This document shows positions 22,540 to 37,609 of a stretch of DNA of 64,000 bases, in pieces; positions within the stretch are counted from its first letter, which is position 1, and every line of letters begins with the position of its first letter. The notes under the pieces were generated by a model, which searched no databases, was not told the DNA's origin, and saw nothing but the letters and a program-made list of their open reading frames with translations. The stretch spans positions 53,367-117,366 of the forward strand of contig NW_021836318.1 in the NCBI RefSeq assembly GCF_006345805.1. The letters are read 5' to 3'. Position numbers and translations under genes: made by a program. The DNA comes from Octopus sinensis (lineage: Eukaryota).

Positions 22540-22775
22540 CCTTTTTACTTGCTTCAGTCATTTTGACTGAGCCATGCTGGGGCAACACCTTGATAGTTTT
22601 CCTTCAAACAAATTAGCACCGTTCTTCTTTTCAAGCCTGGTACTTATTATTGTACTGTTCTCTTTTTGCCCAACTGCTAAGTTACAGGAATGTAAGCAAA
22701 CCAATACCAGCTGTCTAGTGGTGGTAGAGGAAAAACACAAACACATAGATATATACATACATATATACATGCATA
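22540..22775 (-). mobile_element. Diverged 3' half of the CORE-type SINE
   Basis: Minus strand GTTGCCCCAGCATGGCTCAGTCAAAATGACTGAAGCAAGTAAAAA tail; body aligns with 8215-8410. Confidence 0.72.
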
Positions 22776-22830
22776 TATATTTTACTACTGTTTCTGCTAA
22801 CCCACACCTTTCCTCCATCTATACAATAGC

Positions 22831-22882
<52 letters not shown>

Positions 22883-23094
22883 TGATGAAAATGATGATGA
22901 TAATGATAGTAGCAAACATTTAGACTAACAGAAATACTTTATAGATATTCCTTCTTTAAGGGTGTCTTAAAGTTTGCATAAATTATGCGTTTCTTACAAT
23001 TATTTATTTATTCATTTTTTTCGGAAGATGCATTTGCAAGACAAGGAATTAGAATTTTCTAGTTTTTCTGAAAAATAAATACATACATACATAC

Positions 23095-23256
23095 ATATGG
23101 CGGGCTTCATTCAGTTTCTGTCTACCAAATCCACTCACAAGGCTTTGGTTGGACTAAGGCTATAGTAGAAGAGACTTGCCCAAGGTACCACACAGTGGGA
23201 CTGAACCCGGAACCATGTTGTTGGTAAGCAAGCTACTTACCACACAGCCACTCCTG
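23095..23256 (-). mobile_element. 5' half (tRNA head + CORE) of the CORE-type SINE
   Basis: CAGGAGTGGCTGTGTGGTAAG..GGGTTCAGTCCCACTG..TTGGGCAAGTCTCTTC, highly similar to 8445-8592. Confidence 0.85.
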
Positions 23257-23959
23257 AACCAAAACCCTGAACTGATAGAATAAGAGAAAGAGGGAAGGGC
23301 TGGACCCTTAAAGGAAATGAAAAACCCTCGTTATTATTTTTCAGTGCAGAAAAACAGCAGGGCTTGATTAAACGAATTGCGTGTATTTATTATTTTGAAA
23401 TTATTTCTTATTAATTAGACTAAGAAGGGGAAGTAACCATGCCTTTGCCGGTTACATTCTCACAATGTCAAGATTGATGTAAATGATATCCACCCTGAAC
23501 ATTTGCTGGTCAATGTCAGGATGCTTTGACATGAGTAGCAATAGAAGGAACTTTAGTAAAGAATAACCAAAGACCAAGTGTTGATAGTAAAGCTCAATGC
23601 GGTGTTGTGGTAGCTGCCAGTATTTTACTGCCATATATTCCATTTATATCTAATCGTTTTAATAGCATCTATAAAGTCGCATCTAGTAAACTAGAATGAA
23701 AGCACAGCGTGCCTCAACAGGCTAACTTCTCCTAACTTCTGTAATATATCATCAGCAACAACAAAACATGTTCTACATATTACAACAAATGCTTTTATAA
23801 ATCCTGATAATGTCATCATAACATATGAAGCTGCCTTGTTATTATACTTAATCTAGCATTTCCATTCGATTCACTTTTCATTTACAGATTAATGGGAGAC
23901 ACAAAATATAACATGAAATAGATGTGTATTGCAATGTATTGAACAAATATTTTAAGAAT

Positions 23960-26900
23960 GGGTACCATGTGAAGTAATGGTCCTATAATGTACCTTAAAT
24001 GCATAGCTGTAGAGAGGTACCATGTGGAGGTACAGTCCTACGATATACCTTAAATGCATAGCTGTAAAGAGGTACCATGTGGAGGTACAGTCCTATGATA
24101 TACCTAGAAAGCATAGCTGTAAAGAGGTACCATGTGGAGGTACATTCCTATGATATACCTTAAATGTACAGCTGTAAAGATGTACCATGTGGAGGTACAG
24201 TCCTATGATATACCTAGAAGCATAGCTGTAAAGAGGTACCATGTGGAGGTACAGTCCTATGATATACCTTGATTGCATAGCTGTAAAGAGGTACCATGTG
24301 GAGGTACAGTCCTATGATACACCTAAAATGCATAGCTGTAAAGAGGTACCATGTGGAGGTACAGTCCTATGATATACCTTGATTGCATAGCTATAAGTAG
24401 GTACCATGTGGAGGTACAGTCCTATGATATACCTAGAAAGCATAGCTGTAAAGAGGTACCATGTGGAGGTACAGTCCTATGATATACCTTAAATGTACAG
24501 CTGTAAAGATGTACCATGTGGAGGTACAGTCCTATGATATACTTTAAATGCATAGCTTTAAAGATGTACCATGTGGAGGTACAGTCCTATGATATAACTT
24601 TAATGCATAGCTGTAAAGAGGTACCATGTGGAGGTACAGTCCTATGATATACCTAGAAGCATAGCTGTAAAGAGGTACCATGTGGAGGTACAGTCCTATG
24701 ATTTACCTTTAATGCATAGCTGTAAAGAGGTACCATTTGGAGGTACAGTCCTATGATATACCTTAAATGTATAGCTGTAAGTAGGTACCATGTGGAGGTA
24801 CAGTCCTATGATATACCTTAAATGCATAGCTGTAAAGATGTACCATGTGGAGGTACAGTCCTATGATATACCTAGAAGCATAGCTGTAAAGAGGTACCAT
24901 GTGGAGGTACAGTCCTATGATACACCTAAAATGCATAGCTGTAAAGAGGTACCAAGTGGAGGTACAGTCCTATGATATACCTTGATTGCATAGCTATAAG
25001 TAGGTACCATGTGGAGGTACAGTCCTATGATATACCTAGAAAGCATAGCTGTAAAGAGGTACCATGTGGAGGTACAGTCCTATGATATACCTTAAATGTA
25101 CAGCTGTAAAGATGTACCATGTGGAGGTACAGTCCTATGATATACTTTAAATGCATAGCTTTAAAGATGTACCATGTGGAGGTACAGTCCTATGATATAA
25201 CTTTAATGCATAGCTGTAAAGAGGTACCATTTGGAGGTACAGTCCTATGATATACCTTAAATGTATAGCTGTAAGTAGGTACCATGTGGAGGTACAGTCC
25301 TATGATATACCTTAAATGCATAGCTGTAAAGATGTACCATGTGGAGGTACAGTCCTATGATGTACACAGAACACTTTGCTGTAAAAGGTACCATGTGGAG
25401 GTACAGTCCTATGATATACCTTGAATGCATAGCTGTAAAGAGGTACCATGTGGAGGTACAGTCCTATGATATACCTTAAATGCATAGCTGTAAAGATGTA
25501 CCATGTGGAGGTACGGTCCTATGATATACCTAGAAAGCATAGCTGTAAAGAGGTACCATGTGGAGGTACAGTCCTATGATGTACACAGAACACTTTGCTG
25601 TAAAAGGTACCATGTGGAGGTACAGTCCTATGATATACTTTGATTGCATAGCTGTAAGTAGGTACCATGTGGAGGTACAGTCCTATGATACACCTAAAAT
25701 GCATAGCTGTAAAGAGGTACCATGTGGAGGTACAGTCCTATGATATACCTTGAATACATAGCTCTAAAGAGGTACCATGTGGAGGTACAGTCCTATGATA
25801 TACCTTGAATACATAGCTGTAAAGAGGTACCATGTGGAGGTACAGTCCTATGATATACCTTGAATGCATAGCTGTAAAGAGGTACCATGTGGAGGTACAG
25901 TCCTATGATGTACACAGAACACTTTGCTGTAAAAGGTACCATGTGGAGGTACAGTCCTATAATATACCTAGAAAGCATAGCTTTAAAGAGGTACCATATG
26001 GAGTTACAGTCCTATGATATACCTTGAATGCATAGCTGTAAAGAGGTACCATGTGGAGGTACAGTCCTATGATATACCTTGAATGCACAGCTGTAAAGAG
26101 GTACCATGTGGAGGTACAGTCCTATGATATACCTTGATTGCATAGCTGTAAGTAGGTACCATGTGGAGGTACAGTCCTATGATATACCTAGAAAGCATAG
26201 CTGTAAAGAGGTACCATGTGGAGGTACAGTCCTATGATATACCTAGATAGCATAGCTTTAAAGAAGTAACAAGTGGAGGTACAGTCCTATGATATACCTT
26301 GAATGCATAGCTGTAAAGAGGTACCATGTGGAGGTACAGTCCTATGATATATCTTGAATGCATAGCTGTAAAGAGGTACCATGTGGAGGTACAGTCCTAT
26401 GATATACCTTGAATGCATAGCTGTGGAGATGTACCATGTGGAGGTACAGTCCTATGATATACCTAGAAAGCATAGCTGTAAAGAGGTACCATGTGGAGGT
26501 ACAGTCCTATGATATACCTTGAATACATAGCTTTAAAGAGGTACCATGTGGAGGTACAGTCCTATGATATACCTAGAAAGCATAGCTTTAAAGAAGTACC
26601 ATGTGGAGGTACAGTCCTATGATATACCTTAAAGGCATAGCTGCAAAGAGGTACCATGTGGAGGTACAGTCCTATGATATACCTTGAATACATAGCTGTA
26701 AAGAGGTACCATGTGGAGGTACAGTCCTATGATATAACTTGAATGCATAGCTGTAAAGAGGTATCATGTGGAGGTACAGTCCTATGATATACCTTAAATG
26801 CATAGCTGTAAATAGATACCATGTTGAGGTACAGTCCTATGATATACCTAGAAAGCATAGCTTTAAAGAAGTACCAAGTGGAGGTACAGTCCTGTGATAT

Positions 26901-29900
26901 AGCTTAAATGCATAGCTGTAAAGAGGTACCATGTGGAGGTACAGTCCTATGATATACCTTGAATGCATAGCTGTAAAGAGGTACCATGTGGAGGTACAGT
27001 CCTATGATGTACACAGAACACTTTGCTGTAAAAGATACCATGTGGAGGTACAGTCCTATGATATACCTAGAAAGCATAGCTTTAAAGAGGTACCATATGG
27101 AGTTACAGTCCTATGATATACCTTGAATGCATAGCTGTAAAGAGGTACCATGTGGAGGTACAGTCCTATGATATACCTTGAATGCATAGCTGTAAAGAGG
27201 TACCATGTGGAGGTACAGTCCTATGATATACCTCGATTGCATAGCTGTAAGTAGGTACCATGTGGAGGTACAGTCCTATGATATACCTAGAAAGCATAGC
27301 TGTAAAGAGGTACCGTGTGGAGGTACAGGCCTATGATATACCTAGATAGCATAGCTTTAAAGAAGTTAGAAGTGGAGGTACAGTCCTATGATATACCTTG
27401 AATGCATAGCTGTAAATAGATACCATGTGGCGGTACAGTCCTATGTTATATCTTGAATGCATAGCTGTAAAGAGGTACCATGTGGAGGTACAGTCCTATG
27501 ATATACCTTGAATGCATAGCTGTGGAGATGTACCATGTGGAGGTACAGTCCTATGATATACCTAGAAAGCATAGCTGTAAAGAGGTACCATGTGGAGGTA
27601 CAGTCCTATGATATACCTTGAATACATAGCTTTAAAGAGGTACCATGTGGAGGTACAGTCCTATGATATACCTAGAAAGCATAGCTTTAAAGAAGTACCA
27701 TGTGGAGGTACAGTCCTATGATATACCTTAAAGGCATAGCTGCAAAGAGGTACCATGTGGAGGTACAGTCCTATGATATATCTTGAATGCATAGCTGTAA
27801 AGAGGTACCATGTGGAGGTACAGTCCTCTGATATACCTTGAATACATAGCTGTAATGAGGTACCATGTGGAGGTACAGTCCTATGATATACCTCGAATGC
27901 ATAGCTGTAAAGAGGTATCATGTGGAGGTACAGTCCTATGATATACCTTAAATGCATAGCTGTAAATAGATACCATGTTGAGGTACAGTCCTATGATATA
28001 CCTAGAAAGCATAGCTTTAAAGAAGTACCAAGTGGAGGTACAGTCCTATGATATAGCTTAAATGCATAGCTGTAAAGAGGTACCATGTGGAGGTACAGTC
28101 CTATGATATACCTAGAAAGCATAGCTTTAAAGAAGTACCATGTGGAGGTACAGTCCTATGATATACCTTAAATGCATAGCTGTAAAGAGGTACCATGTGG
28201 AGGTACAGTCCTATGATATACCTAGAAAGCATAGCTTTAAAGAGGTACCATGTGGAGGTACAGTCATTTGATATACCTTAAATGCATAGCTGTAGAGTGG
28301 TACCATGTGGAGGTACAGTCCTATGATATACCTAGAAAGCATAGCTTTAAAGATGTACCATGTGGAGGTACAGTCCTATGATATACCTTAAATGCATAGC
28401 TGCAAAGAGGTACCATGTGGAGGTACAGCCCTATGATATACCTTAAATGCATAGCTGTAAAGAGGTACCATCTGGAGGTACAGTCCTATGATATATCTTG
28501 AATGCGTAGCTGTAAAGAGGTACCATGTGGAGGTACAGTCCTATGATATACCTTGAATGCATAGCTGTAAAGATGTACCATGTGGAGGTACAGTCCTATG
28601 ATATACCTAGAAAGCATAGCTTTAAAGATGTACCATGTGGAGGTACAGTCCTATGATATACCTTAAGGGCATAGCTGCAAAGAGGTACCATGTGGAGGTA
28701 CAGTCCTATGATATATCTTGAATGCATAGCTGTAAAGAGGTACCATGTGGAGGTACAGTCCTATGATATACCTTGAATGCATAGCTGTAAAGAGGTACCA
28801 TGTGGAGGAACAGTCCTATGATATACCTTAAATGCATAGCTGTAAAGAGGTACCATGTGGAGGTACAGTCCTATGATGTACACAGAACACTTTGCTGTAT
28901 GTAGGTACCATGTGGAGGTACAGTCCCATGATATACCTAGAAAGCATAGCTTTAAAGAAGTACCATTTGGAGGTACAGTCCTATGATATACCTAGAAAGC
29001 ATAGCTGTAAAGAGGTACCATGTGGAGGTACAGTCCTATGATGTATCTTGAATGCATAGCTGTAAAGAGGTACCATGTGGAGGTACAGTCCTATGATATA
29101 CCTAGAAAGCATAGCTGTAAAGAGGTACCATGTGGAGGTACAGTCCTATGATATACCTTGAATACATAGCTGTAAAGAGGTACCATGTGGAGGTACAGTC
29201 CTATGATATACCTTGAATGCATAGCTGTAAAGAGGTACCATGTGGAGGTACAGTCCTATGATATACGTAGAAAGCATAGCTGTAAAGAGGTACCATGTGG
29301 AGGTACAGTCCTATGATATACCTTGAATGCATAGCTGTAAAGAGGTACCATGTGGAGGTACAGTCCTATGATATACCTAGAAAGCATAGCTGTAAAGAGG
29401 TACCATGTGGAGGTACAGTCCTATGATGTACACAGAACACTGTGCTGTAAAAGGTACCATGTGGAGGAACAGTCCTATGATATACCTAGAAAGCATAGCT
29501 GTAAAGATGTACCATGTGGAGGTACAGTCCTATGATATACCATGAATGCATAGCTGTAAAGAGGTACCATGTGGAGGTACAGTCCTATGATATACCTTGA
29601 ATGCATAACTGTAAAGATGTATCATGTGGAGGTACAGTCCTATGATACACCTAGAAACCATAGCTGTAAAGAGGTACCATGTGGAGGTACAGTCCTATGA
29701 TATACCTAGAAAGCATAGCTGTAAAGAGGTACCATGTGGAGGTACAGTCCTATGATATACCTTGAATGCATAGCTGTAAAGAGGTACCATGTGGAGGTAC
29801 AGTCCTATGATATACCTAGAAAGCATAGCTGTAAAGAGGTACCATGTGGAGGTACAGTCCTATGATATACCTTGAATGCATAGCTGTAAAGAGGTACCAT

Positions 29901-31096
29901 GTGGAGGTACAGTCCTATGATATACCTAGAAAGCATAGCTGTAAAGAGGTACCATGTGGAGGTACAGTCCTATGATATACCTTGAATGCATAGCTGTAAA
30001 GAGGTACCATGTGGAGGTACAGTCCTATGATATACCTAGAAAGCATAGCTGTAAAGAGGTACCATGTGGTGGTACAGTCCTATGATATACCTAGAAAGCA
30101 TAGCTGTAAAAGGTACCATGTGGAGGTACAGTCCTATGATATACCTTGAATGCATAGCTGTAAAGAGGTACCATGTGGAGGTACAGTCCTATGATATACC
30201 TAGAAAGCATAGCTGTAAAGAGGTACCATGTGGAGGTACAGTCCTATGATATACCTTGAATGCATAGCTATAAAGAGGTACCATGTGGAGGTACAGTCCT
30301 ATGATATACCTAGAAAGCATAGCTGTAAAGAGGTACCATGTGGAGGTACAGTCCTATGATATACCTAGAAAGCATAGCTGTAAAGAGGTACCATGTGGAG
30401 GTACAGTCCTATGATATACCTTGAATGCATAGCTGTAAAGAGGTACCATGTGGAGGTACAGTCCTATGATATACCTAGAAAGCATAGCTGTAAAAGGTAC
30501 CATGTGGAGGTACAGTCCTATGATATACCTTGAATGCATAGCTGTAAAGAGGTACCATGTGGAGGTACAGTCCTATGATATACCTAGAAAGCATAGCTGT
30601 AAAGAGGTACCATGTGGAGGTACAGTCCTTTGATATACCTTGAATGCATAGCTATAAGGAGGTACCATGTGGAGGTACAGTCCTATGATATACCTAGAAA
30701 GCATAGCTGTAAAGAGGTACCATGTGGAGGTACAGTCCTATGATATACCTAGAAAGCATAGCTGTAAAGAGGTACCATGTGGAGGTACAGTCCTATGATA
30801 TACCTTGAATGCATAGCTGTAAAGAGGTACCATGTGGAGGTACAGTCCTATGATATAACTAGAAAGCATAGCTGTAAAGAGGTACCATGTGGAGGTACAG
30901 TCCTATGATATACCTTGAATGCATAGCTGTAAAGAGGTACCATGTGGAGGTACAGTCCTATGATATACCTAGAAAGCATAGCTGTAAAGAGGTACCATGT
31001 GGAGGTACAGTCCTATGATATACCTAGAAAGCATAGCTGTAAAGAGGTACCATGTGGAGGTACAGTCCTATGATATACCTTGAATGCTTAGCTGTA
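23960..31096 (+). repeat. 55-bp satellite array, unit B (~7.1 kb, ~130 monomers)
   Basis: Begins with a degenerate monomer at 23961 and ends TAGCTGTA|TGTATC at 31096. Confidence 0.99.
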
Positions 31097-31659
31097 TGTA
31101 TCATGTTGTCATACTGTATTGATTTTGTTTTATGAAAGCGCATTTGTTCATGGAATTTTTTGTGTGGCAGATAAAAATGCTCCATTGCAATATTTACATA
31201 TTTCATAATATATTTTGTGTTCAACTCCCACTGTTACAAAGTTTGTGTTTTATCATCCTCGAATGACAGAACATTTATTATATAAAATGCCAGGCTTTTA
31301 TTGGTTTACATTTCATCAACTGTACAGCCTTCCCTGCTAAAACTTTTGTCTCATGTTTATGTTCAACACACGACTGCTGCTGTCTGATTTAATAAAGTTC
31401 TTGAAAAAATCATCTCCCTTCTGTTTCTCCTACGTGGATTGACATTCTTCTTTCAATGTTCCAGATTCAACAAAAGAACCCTCTCCCCGCCTGGTTTTTT
31501 TTCACTTGTGTTAAAATAAATATTCAGTTTTGTATTTTCTCCTCATGATGTTCATGGCTCTGAAGATACCAAAGTTTATATGTTTTTAAAATATTTCTCA
31601 TCTTTGTAATGTTTCCTTGAAATGTCTCTCATCTGTAACATGTCCTTCTAATGTTATTA

Positions 31660-33830
31660 TCTCTGTACTGTCCTCTTGTAATGTCTCCCTCGTCTCCGTG
31701 CTGTCCTCCTGTAATGTCTCTTGTCTCTGTACTGTCCTCTTGTAATGTCTCCCTCGTCTCTGTGCTGTCTTCCTGTAATGTCTCTCATCTCTGTAGTATT
31801 TTCTCGTAATGTCCCTTGTCTCTGTACTGTCCTCTTGTAATGTCCCTCATCTCTGTACTGTCCTCCTGTAATGTCCCTTGTCTCTGTACTGTCCTCTTGT
31901 AATGTCTCCCTCATCTCTGTACTGACCTCCTGTAATGTCCCTTGTCTCTGTACTGTCCTCTGGTAATGTCTCCCTCATCTCTGTACTGTCTTCCTGTAAT
32001 GTCCCTTGTCTCTGTACTGTCTTCCTGTAATGTCTCTTCATCTCTGTAGTATTTTCTCGTAATGTCCCTTGTCTCTGTACTGTCCTCTTGTAATGTCCCT
32101 CATCTCTGTACTGTCCTCCTGTAATGTCTCTTGTCTCTGTACTGTCCTCTTGTAATGTCCCTCATCTCTGTACTGTCCTCCTGTAATGTCCCTTGTCTCT
32201 GTACTGTCCTCCTGTAATGTCCCTTGTCTCTGTACTGTCCTCCTGTAATGTCCCTTGTCTCTGTACTGTCCTCCTGTAATGTCCCTTGTCTCTGTACTGT
32301 CCTCCTGTAATGTCCCTTGTCTCTCCTGTCCTCCTGTAATGTCCCTCATCTCTGTACTGTCCTCCTGTAATGTCACTTGTCTCTGTACTGTCCTCTTCTA
32401 ATGTCTCCTTCATCTCTGTACTGTTCCTTGACTCTGTAATTACTCCCTCATCTCTGTACTGTCCCTTGACTCTGTACTGTCCTCTTGTAATGTCTCCCTC
32501 ATCTCTGTACTGTCTTCCTGTAATGTCCCTTGTCTCTGTACTGTCTTTCTGTAATGTCCCTTGTGTCTGTACTGTCTTCCTGTAATGTCCCTTGTCTCTG
32601 TACTGTCTTCCTGTAATGTTCCTTGTCTCTGTACCGTCTTCCTGTAATGACCCTTGTCTCTGTACTGTCTTCCTGTAATGTCCCTTGTCTCTGTACTGTC
32701 TTCCTGTAATGTCCCTTGTCTCTGTACTGTCTTCCTGTAATGTCCCTTGTCTCTGTACTGTCTTCCTGTAATGTCCCTTGTCTCTGTACTGTCCCCTTGT
32801 AATGTCTCCCTTGTCTCTTACTGTCTTCCTGTAATGTCCCTTGTCTCTGTACTGTTTTCCTGTAATGTCCCTTGTCTCTGTACTGTCTTCCTGTATTGTC
32901 CCTTGTCTCTTTACTGTCCTCTTGTAATGTCTCCCTCGTCTCTGTACTGTCTTCCTGTAATGTCTCTTCATCTCTGTAGTATTTTCTCGTAATGTCCCTT
33001 GTCTCTGTACTGTCCTCTTGTAATGTCCCTCATCTCTTTACTGTCTTCCTGTAATGTCCCTTGTCTCTGTACTGTCCTCTTGTAGTGTCCCTCATCTCTG
33101 TGCTGTCCTCCTGTAATGTCCCTTGTCTCTGTACTGTCGTCTTGTAATGTCCCTCATCTCTGTGCTGTCCTCCTGTAATGTCCCTTGTCTCTGTACTCTC
33201 CTCTTGTAATGTCTCCCTCGTCTCTGTACTGTCTTCCTGTAATGTCCCTTGTCTCTGTACTGTCCTTCTGTAATGTCCCTTGTCTCTGTACTGTCCTCCT
33301 GTAATGTCTCTTGTCTCTGTACTGTCCTCTTGTAATGTCTTCCTTGTCTCTGTGCTGTCCTTCTGTAATGTCCCTTGTCTCTGTACTGTCCTCTTATAAT
33401 GTCACCCTCGTCTCTGTACTGTCCTCCTGTAATGTCTCTTATCTCTGTACTGTCCTCGTGTAATGTCACCTATCTCTGTTCTGTCCTTTTGTAATGTCCC
33501 TCATCTCTGTACTGTCCTTCTGTAATGTCCCTTGTCTCTGTACTGTCCTCCTGTAATGTCCCTTGTCTCTGTACTGTCCTCCTGTAATGTCCCTTGTCTC
33601 TGTACTGTCCTCCTGTAATGTCCCTTGTCTCTGTACTGTCCTCTTGTAATGTCTCTCATTTCTATACTGTGCTCTTGTAGTGTCCCTAACCTCTGTAATA
33701 TTCTCTTGTAATATTGCAATAATCTTTGTAAAGTCCCTTGTCTTTGTAATGTTCCAATGTCCCTCATTTCTGTGTTGTCCTCTTGTAATATCCATAAACT
33801 GTGTAATGTCCTTTTGTAATTATCTCCAAT
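31660..33830 (+). repeat. 31-bp minisatellite, unit B
   Basis: Same monomer as 2097-4150, with a different variant order. Confidence 0.98.
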
Positions 33831-36800
33831 CTTTGTCCACTCGTCCACTCGTAACACCCATCATCTGCAATGCTCTGAAATTATCAATTAGCAGTAAATT
33901 AATTTCGGATTTATATTTTAGTCTTTTACATCCACGGGAAGGTAGAAGTGCTGATTTATTTGTGGAGGACAATTCTGAGGAAGACTTTATCACCATTTCT
34001 TGCAGGTCGAGTAATTGCATAAAGGCTTCCTCACTTGCTTACAGTCTTCCATATTATAGGTATGTTTAGTTTTCAGCTCAGCCTTCACTGAGGAGACAGA
34101 CCTATAAATATGACATTCCAGTTATGACCAACCATTCTCTCCTTTTTTTTTTCTATCAGATCAGTGATCACATTATCCAAATAACCTTTTTATCAAATGC
34201 GTGTAGTTTGAAGGGAACTTGTGACCAACCATCCTTTTTTTTTTCCATCAGATCAGGGATCACATTATCCAAATAACCTTTTTATCAAATGGGTGTAGTT
34301 TGAAGGGAACTTGTGACCAACCATCCTTTTTTTTTTCCATCAGATCAGGGATCACATTATCCAATTATACCCTCCCATTTTTTTTTTTTTCAAGATGACC
34401 GAATGTAGTTTGAGACAGCTTGTCTGTTTTTGTTTGGACCCAGGTCAAGCCTGATTAAGCACGACTGTGATCAAGCATATTCCAGCCATGACCATCCCTT
34501 CTCAATAGTTTCAGACATAGTGTATCTAGAACTACATTCTCCCATGTCCTTCATTGCAAAGTGTGGTTCAAAGGAGACCTGTCTAACTGTCGTTGTTTAG
34601 CCCCAGGTCAGTTCTGATTGAGTTCAACTATGAGCAAAAGATTCCAGTTGTGACCATTCCATCAATTTTATCAGGCATAGTCTCTTTACAACCACAGGCC
34701 ATGCTTTTTGGAAGTCTCTCAATAAAACTTATGATCAAAGACAGTCAACCCATGACCATCTTGACATATTATTCTTTTCAGACCTGAGATTATATTGCAT
34801 AATATATCCTTCCCTTTTTTTTTTTTAAGGAATAGGGTCTGGTTGGAGGGAGGACTTGCTTGGTCTATCTTTCAGCTCAGCTGACAACAAACATGGTCTC
34901 ACACTGTCCATGGGGTACAACATAACAACTACTGCAGTGTCCATGTCCCCTGACGCTCTGTAGAGAACCCCTAAACCTATAAAAAATATCAAAACTTAAT
35001 ATATAAATAAAATAAAAAAGAACAAAAAATTTTTTATTAATATTTTTGATCTTTTTTGTTTGTTGTCTTTTTTTTTTAATCTTTATGGGGTTTTTGGCAT
35101 TTTTTTTTTCAATATAGAATGTCCCAAAAGCAGTACCCAAATTTGAATTGAATACATATCTATTGGGCAATTACTTTTGGGACATCTTACTCTCACTATA
35201 GTTTTTTTGTAATTGCTGTTGTTTTTGTTGTTGATGTTGTCTTTTGTGAATTTATGTTGAGAAAGAAAAAATATAAATTGAAAAAAAAAAAACAGTATTT
35301 ATTTGGTGAATATATATAAGCATATGAAGATTTTAAATATTTATAGAAACTACTTTTGTTTTGTATTTGTATTTATGTTGTCCGTGTCATTGTTGTTGTA
35401 ATTTATGTAAATTTATGTAAATAAATAAACAAAGAAAACCCAACCAAAATCATTTGTTTCTGTGTTTTTATTTTTGGGAGGCTGGGGGTTGACATGGTTT
35501 TTAAATTTTTGATTTTACTCGCTTTAATCATTGGACAATGTAATAGTGATGACGAGGGTTCCGGTTGATCCGAATCAATGGAACAGCCTGCTCGTGAAAT
35601 TAACGCATAAGTGGCTGAGCACTCCACAGACACGTGCACCCTTAACGTAGTTCTCGGGGATATTCAGCGTGACACAGAGAGTGACAAGGCCAGCCCTTTG
35701 AAGTACAGGTACAACAGAAACAGGAAGTAAGAGTGAGAGAAAGTTGTGGTGATAGAGTACAGCAGGGATCACCACCATCCCCTGCCAGAGCCTCGTGGAG
35801 CTTTTAGGTGTTTTCGCTCAATAAACACTCACAACGCCCGGTCTGGGAATCGAAACCGCGATCCTATGGCCGCGAGTCTGCTGCCCTGACCACTGGGCCA
35901 TTGCGCCTCCAGTTATGTAAGTACTTCATCAGGGAAAACATTTTGAAATACCCATCCATCCAGCCAGCCATCTACTCTACCCAGTATTCTAGAGAGGGCT
36001 GTGAGGGTAAAGCCCCTAGCCCCACCTCACCCATAGGGTCCTCTCAGAAGCAACTGTCATTACACTTTCCAGCTGGATTCCCAAACAGGACCAAATGAAT
36101 CTATAGAAATTATCCAACCATTTTGTTCTCAGTTTATCTTTAGGTCTCCTATTGGTTGGCTCAGCTTGAATTCGTCTTGCATTTCTTTCCTGAGACATTC
36201 TAATGCCATGTCTGTTGTACCAGAGCTGTGAGCTTTCAGTGTGAAGAAGTAGCAGCTCACCCGGAGAGATTCCCTGAGACTATGGCTATTACCCAACCAT
36301 CATTGGTCTACCCCTAGGTTTTGGCTTAGTTTGAAGAACCCAGGGATCACATTATCCAATTATACCCTCCCAGTTTTTAAACATTTTTTCAAGATGACCG
36401 AGTGTAGTTTGAGAGAGCTTGTCTGTTTTTGTTTGGACCCAGGTCAAGCCTGATTAAGCATGACTGTGATCAAGCATATTCCAGCCATGACCATCCCTTC
36501 TGAATAGTTTCAGACATAGTGTATCTGGAACTACATTCTCCCATGTCCTTCATTGCAGAGTTTGGTTCAAAGGAGACCTGTCTAACTGTCGTTGTTTAGC
36601 CCCGGGTCAGTTCTGATTGAGCTCAACTATGAGCAAAAGATTCCAGTTGTGACCATCTCATGTCATTCTTGTCCCATCTGTAGTACCAAAGCTGTGATCA
36701 TCCAATGCAGAAATACAGCAGTTTAACCTGTAGGGACACCTGATCGCGAATCTATGCAGCCTGTTGAGTAAATGTTACCCCAGGGATCCTTTGGAGGCTC

Positions 36801-37609
36801 TCCATTTTGGCTGCTTGCATTCACGATCACAATCTTTCAGTCACAACCCAATATTCATGACCATACACTACCGTCAGAAATTAATTAGCACCCTTGATTT
36901 GCTCTTCACTCAAGGTATGTGCTGTCACCTAGTGGCCATATCTCGAACTATTGCTTTGTTGCGAGTTCACTGTTGCGCAGAACGATGACGTAGCTTTGTT
37001 TGCAGAGCAGTTTGAGAGTCTACAGCCTTATGATGTTGACATAGCAGTGCAACAACTTGGAGTGCGGATGCAGACAAATCTTCCTTTGTTTAATAGATAT
37101 AGGTAACGCCTCGCAAGGACCGAAATCACACCATACTAAGTTTTCTCATCGCGTAAGGCGTTTTGAACAGCTCATAAGTTAATTGATTTAACCTATTTAA
37201 TGTAGAAATTTGAGATGTGCTAATTAATTTCTGACGCAAGTGTAGGTGAGAATAAGCAATTGACTTTTTTTTAACCAGCCTCTCCTCTTCTGAAGATCAA
37301 ATGCCCCAGCTGGAACATTACTCTGCCAGTACTTGCAATTCTAGCATCTGATTCAGCCTCCTGCTTACCATTACTCATAAATATGGCCCTGAGATACTTA
37401 AACCTCTCCACACGTCTCAATGATGTTCCACTAACATGTACAGGCTTTCCTGAATGGATTGAAAGTGGAGATTGCTTTGTTTAACAGTTTCTTCTTTGGC
37501 TGTAAAACATTGCGAACAAAAGCAACTTGGTGTGTTGCCAGATGGCAAAAGAAGCCCTTGGTTTAAACAGGAAATTAAAAATGCCCAATAAGGTTTGAGA
37601 ATCAGTTAA

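Noticed and set aside
23452-23643. 63-aa minus-strand ORF, identical in A and B
   Set aside because: Short, with no recognisable domain; identity is explained by the recent duplication.
23960-31096. CRISPR-like look of the 55-bp arrays (constant hairpin core plus variable part)
   Set aside because: The variable part is only ~14-27 bp, drawn from a handful of related variants rather than unique spacers; no cas genes or leader; eukaryotic context. It is a satellite.
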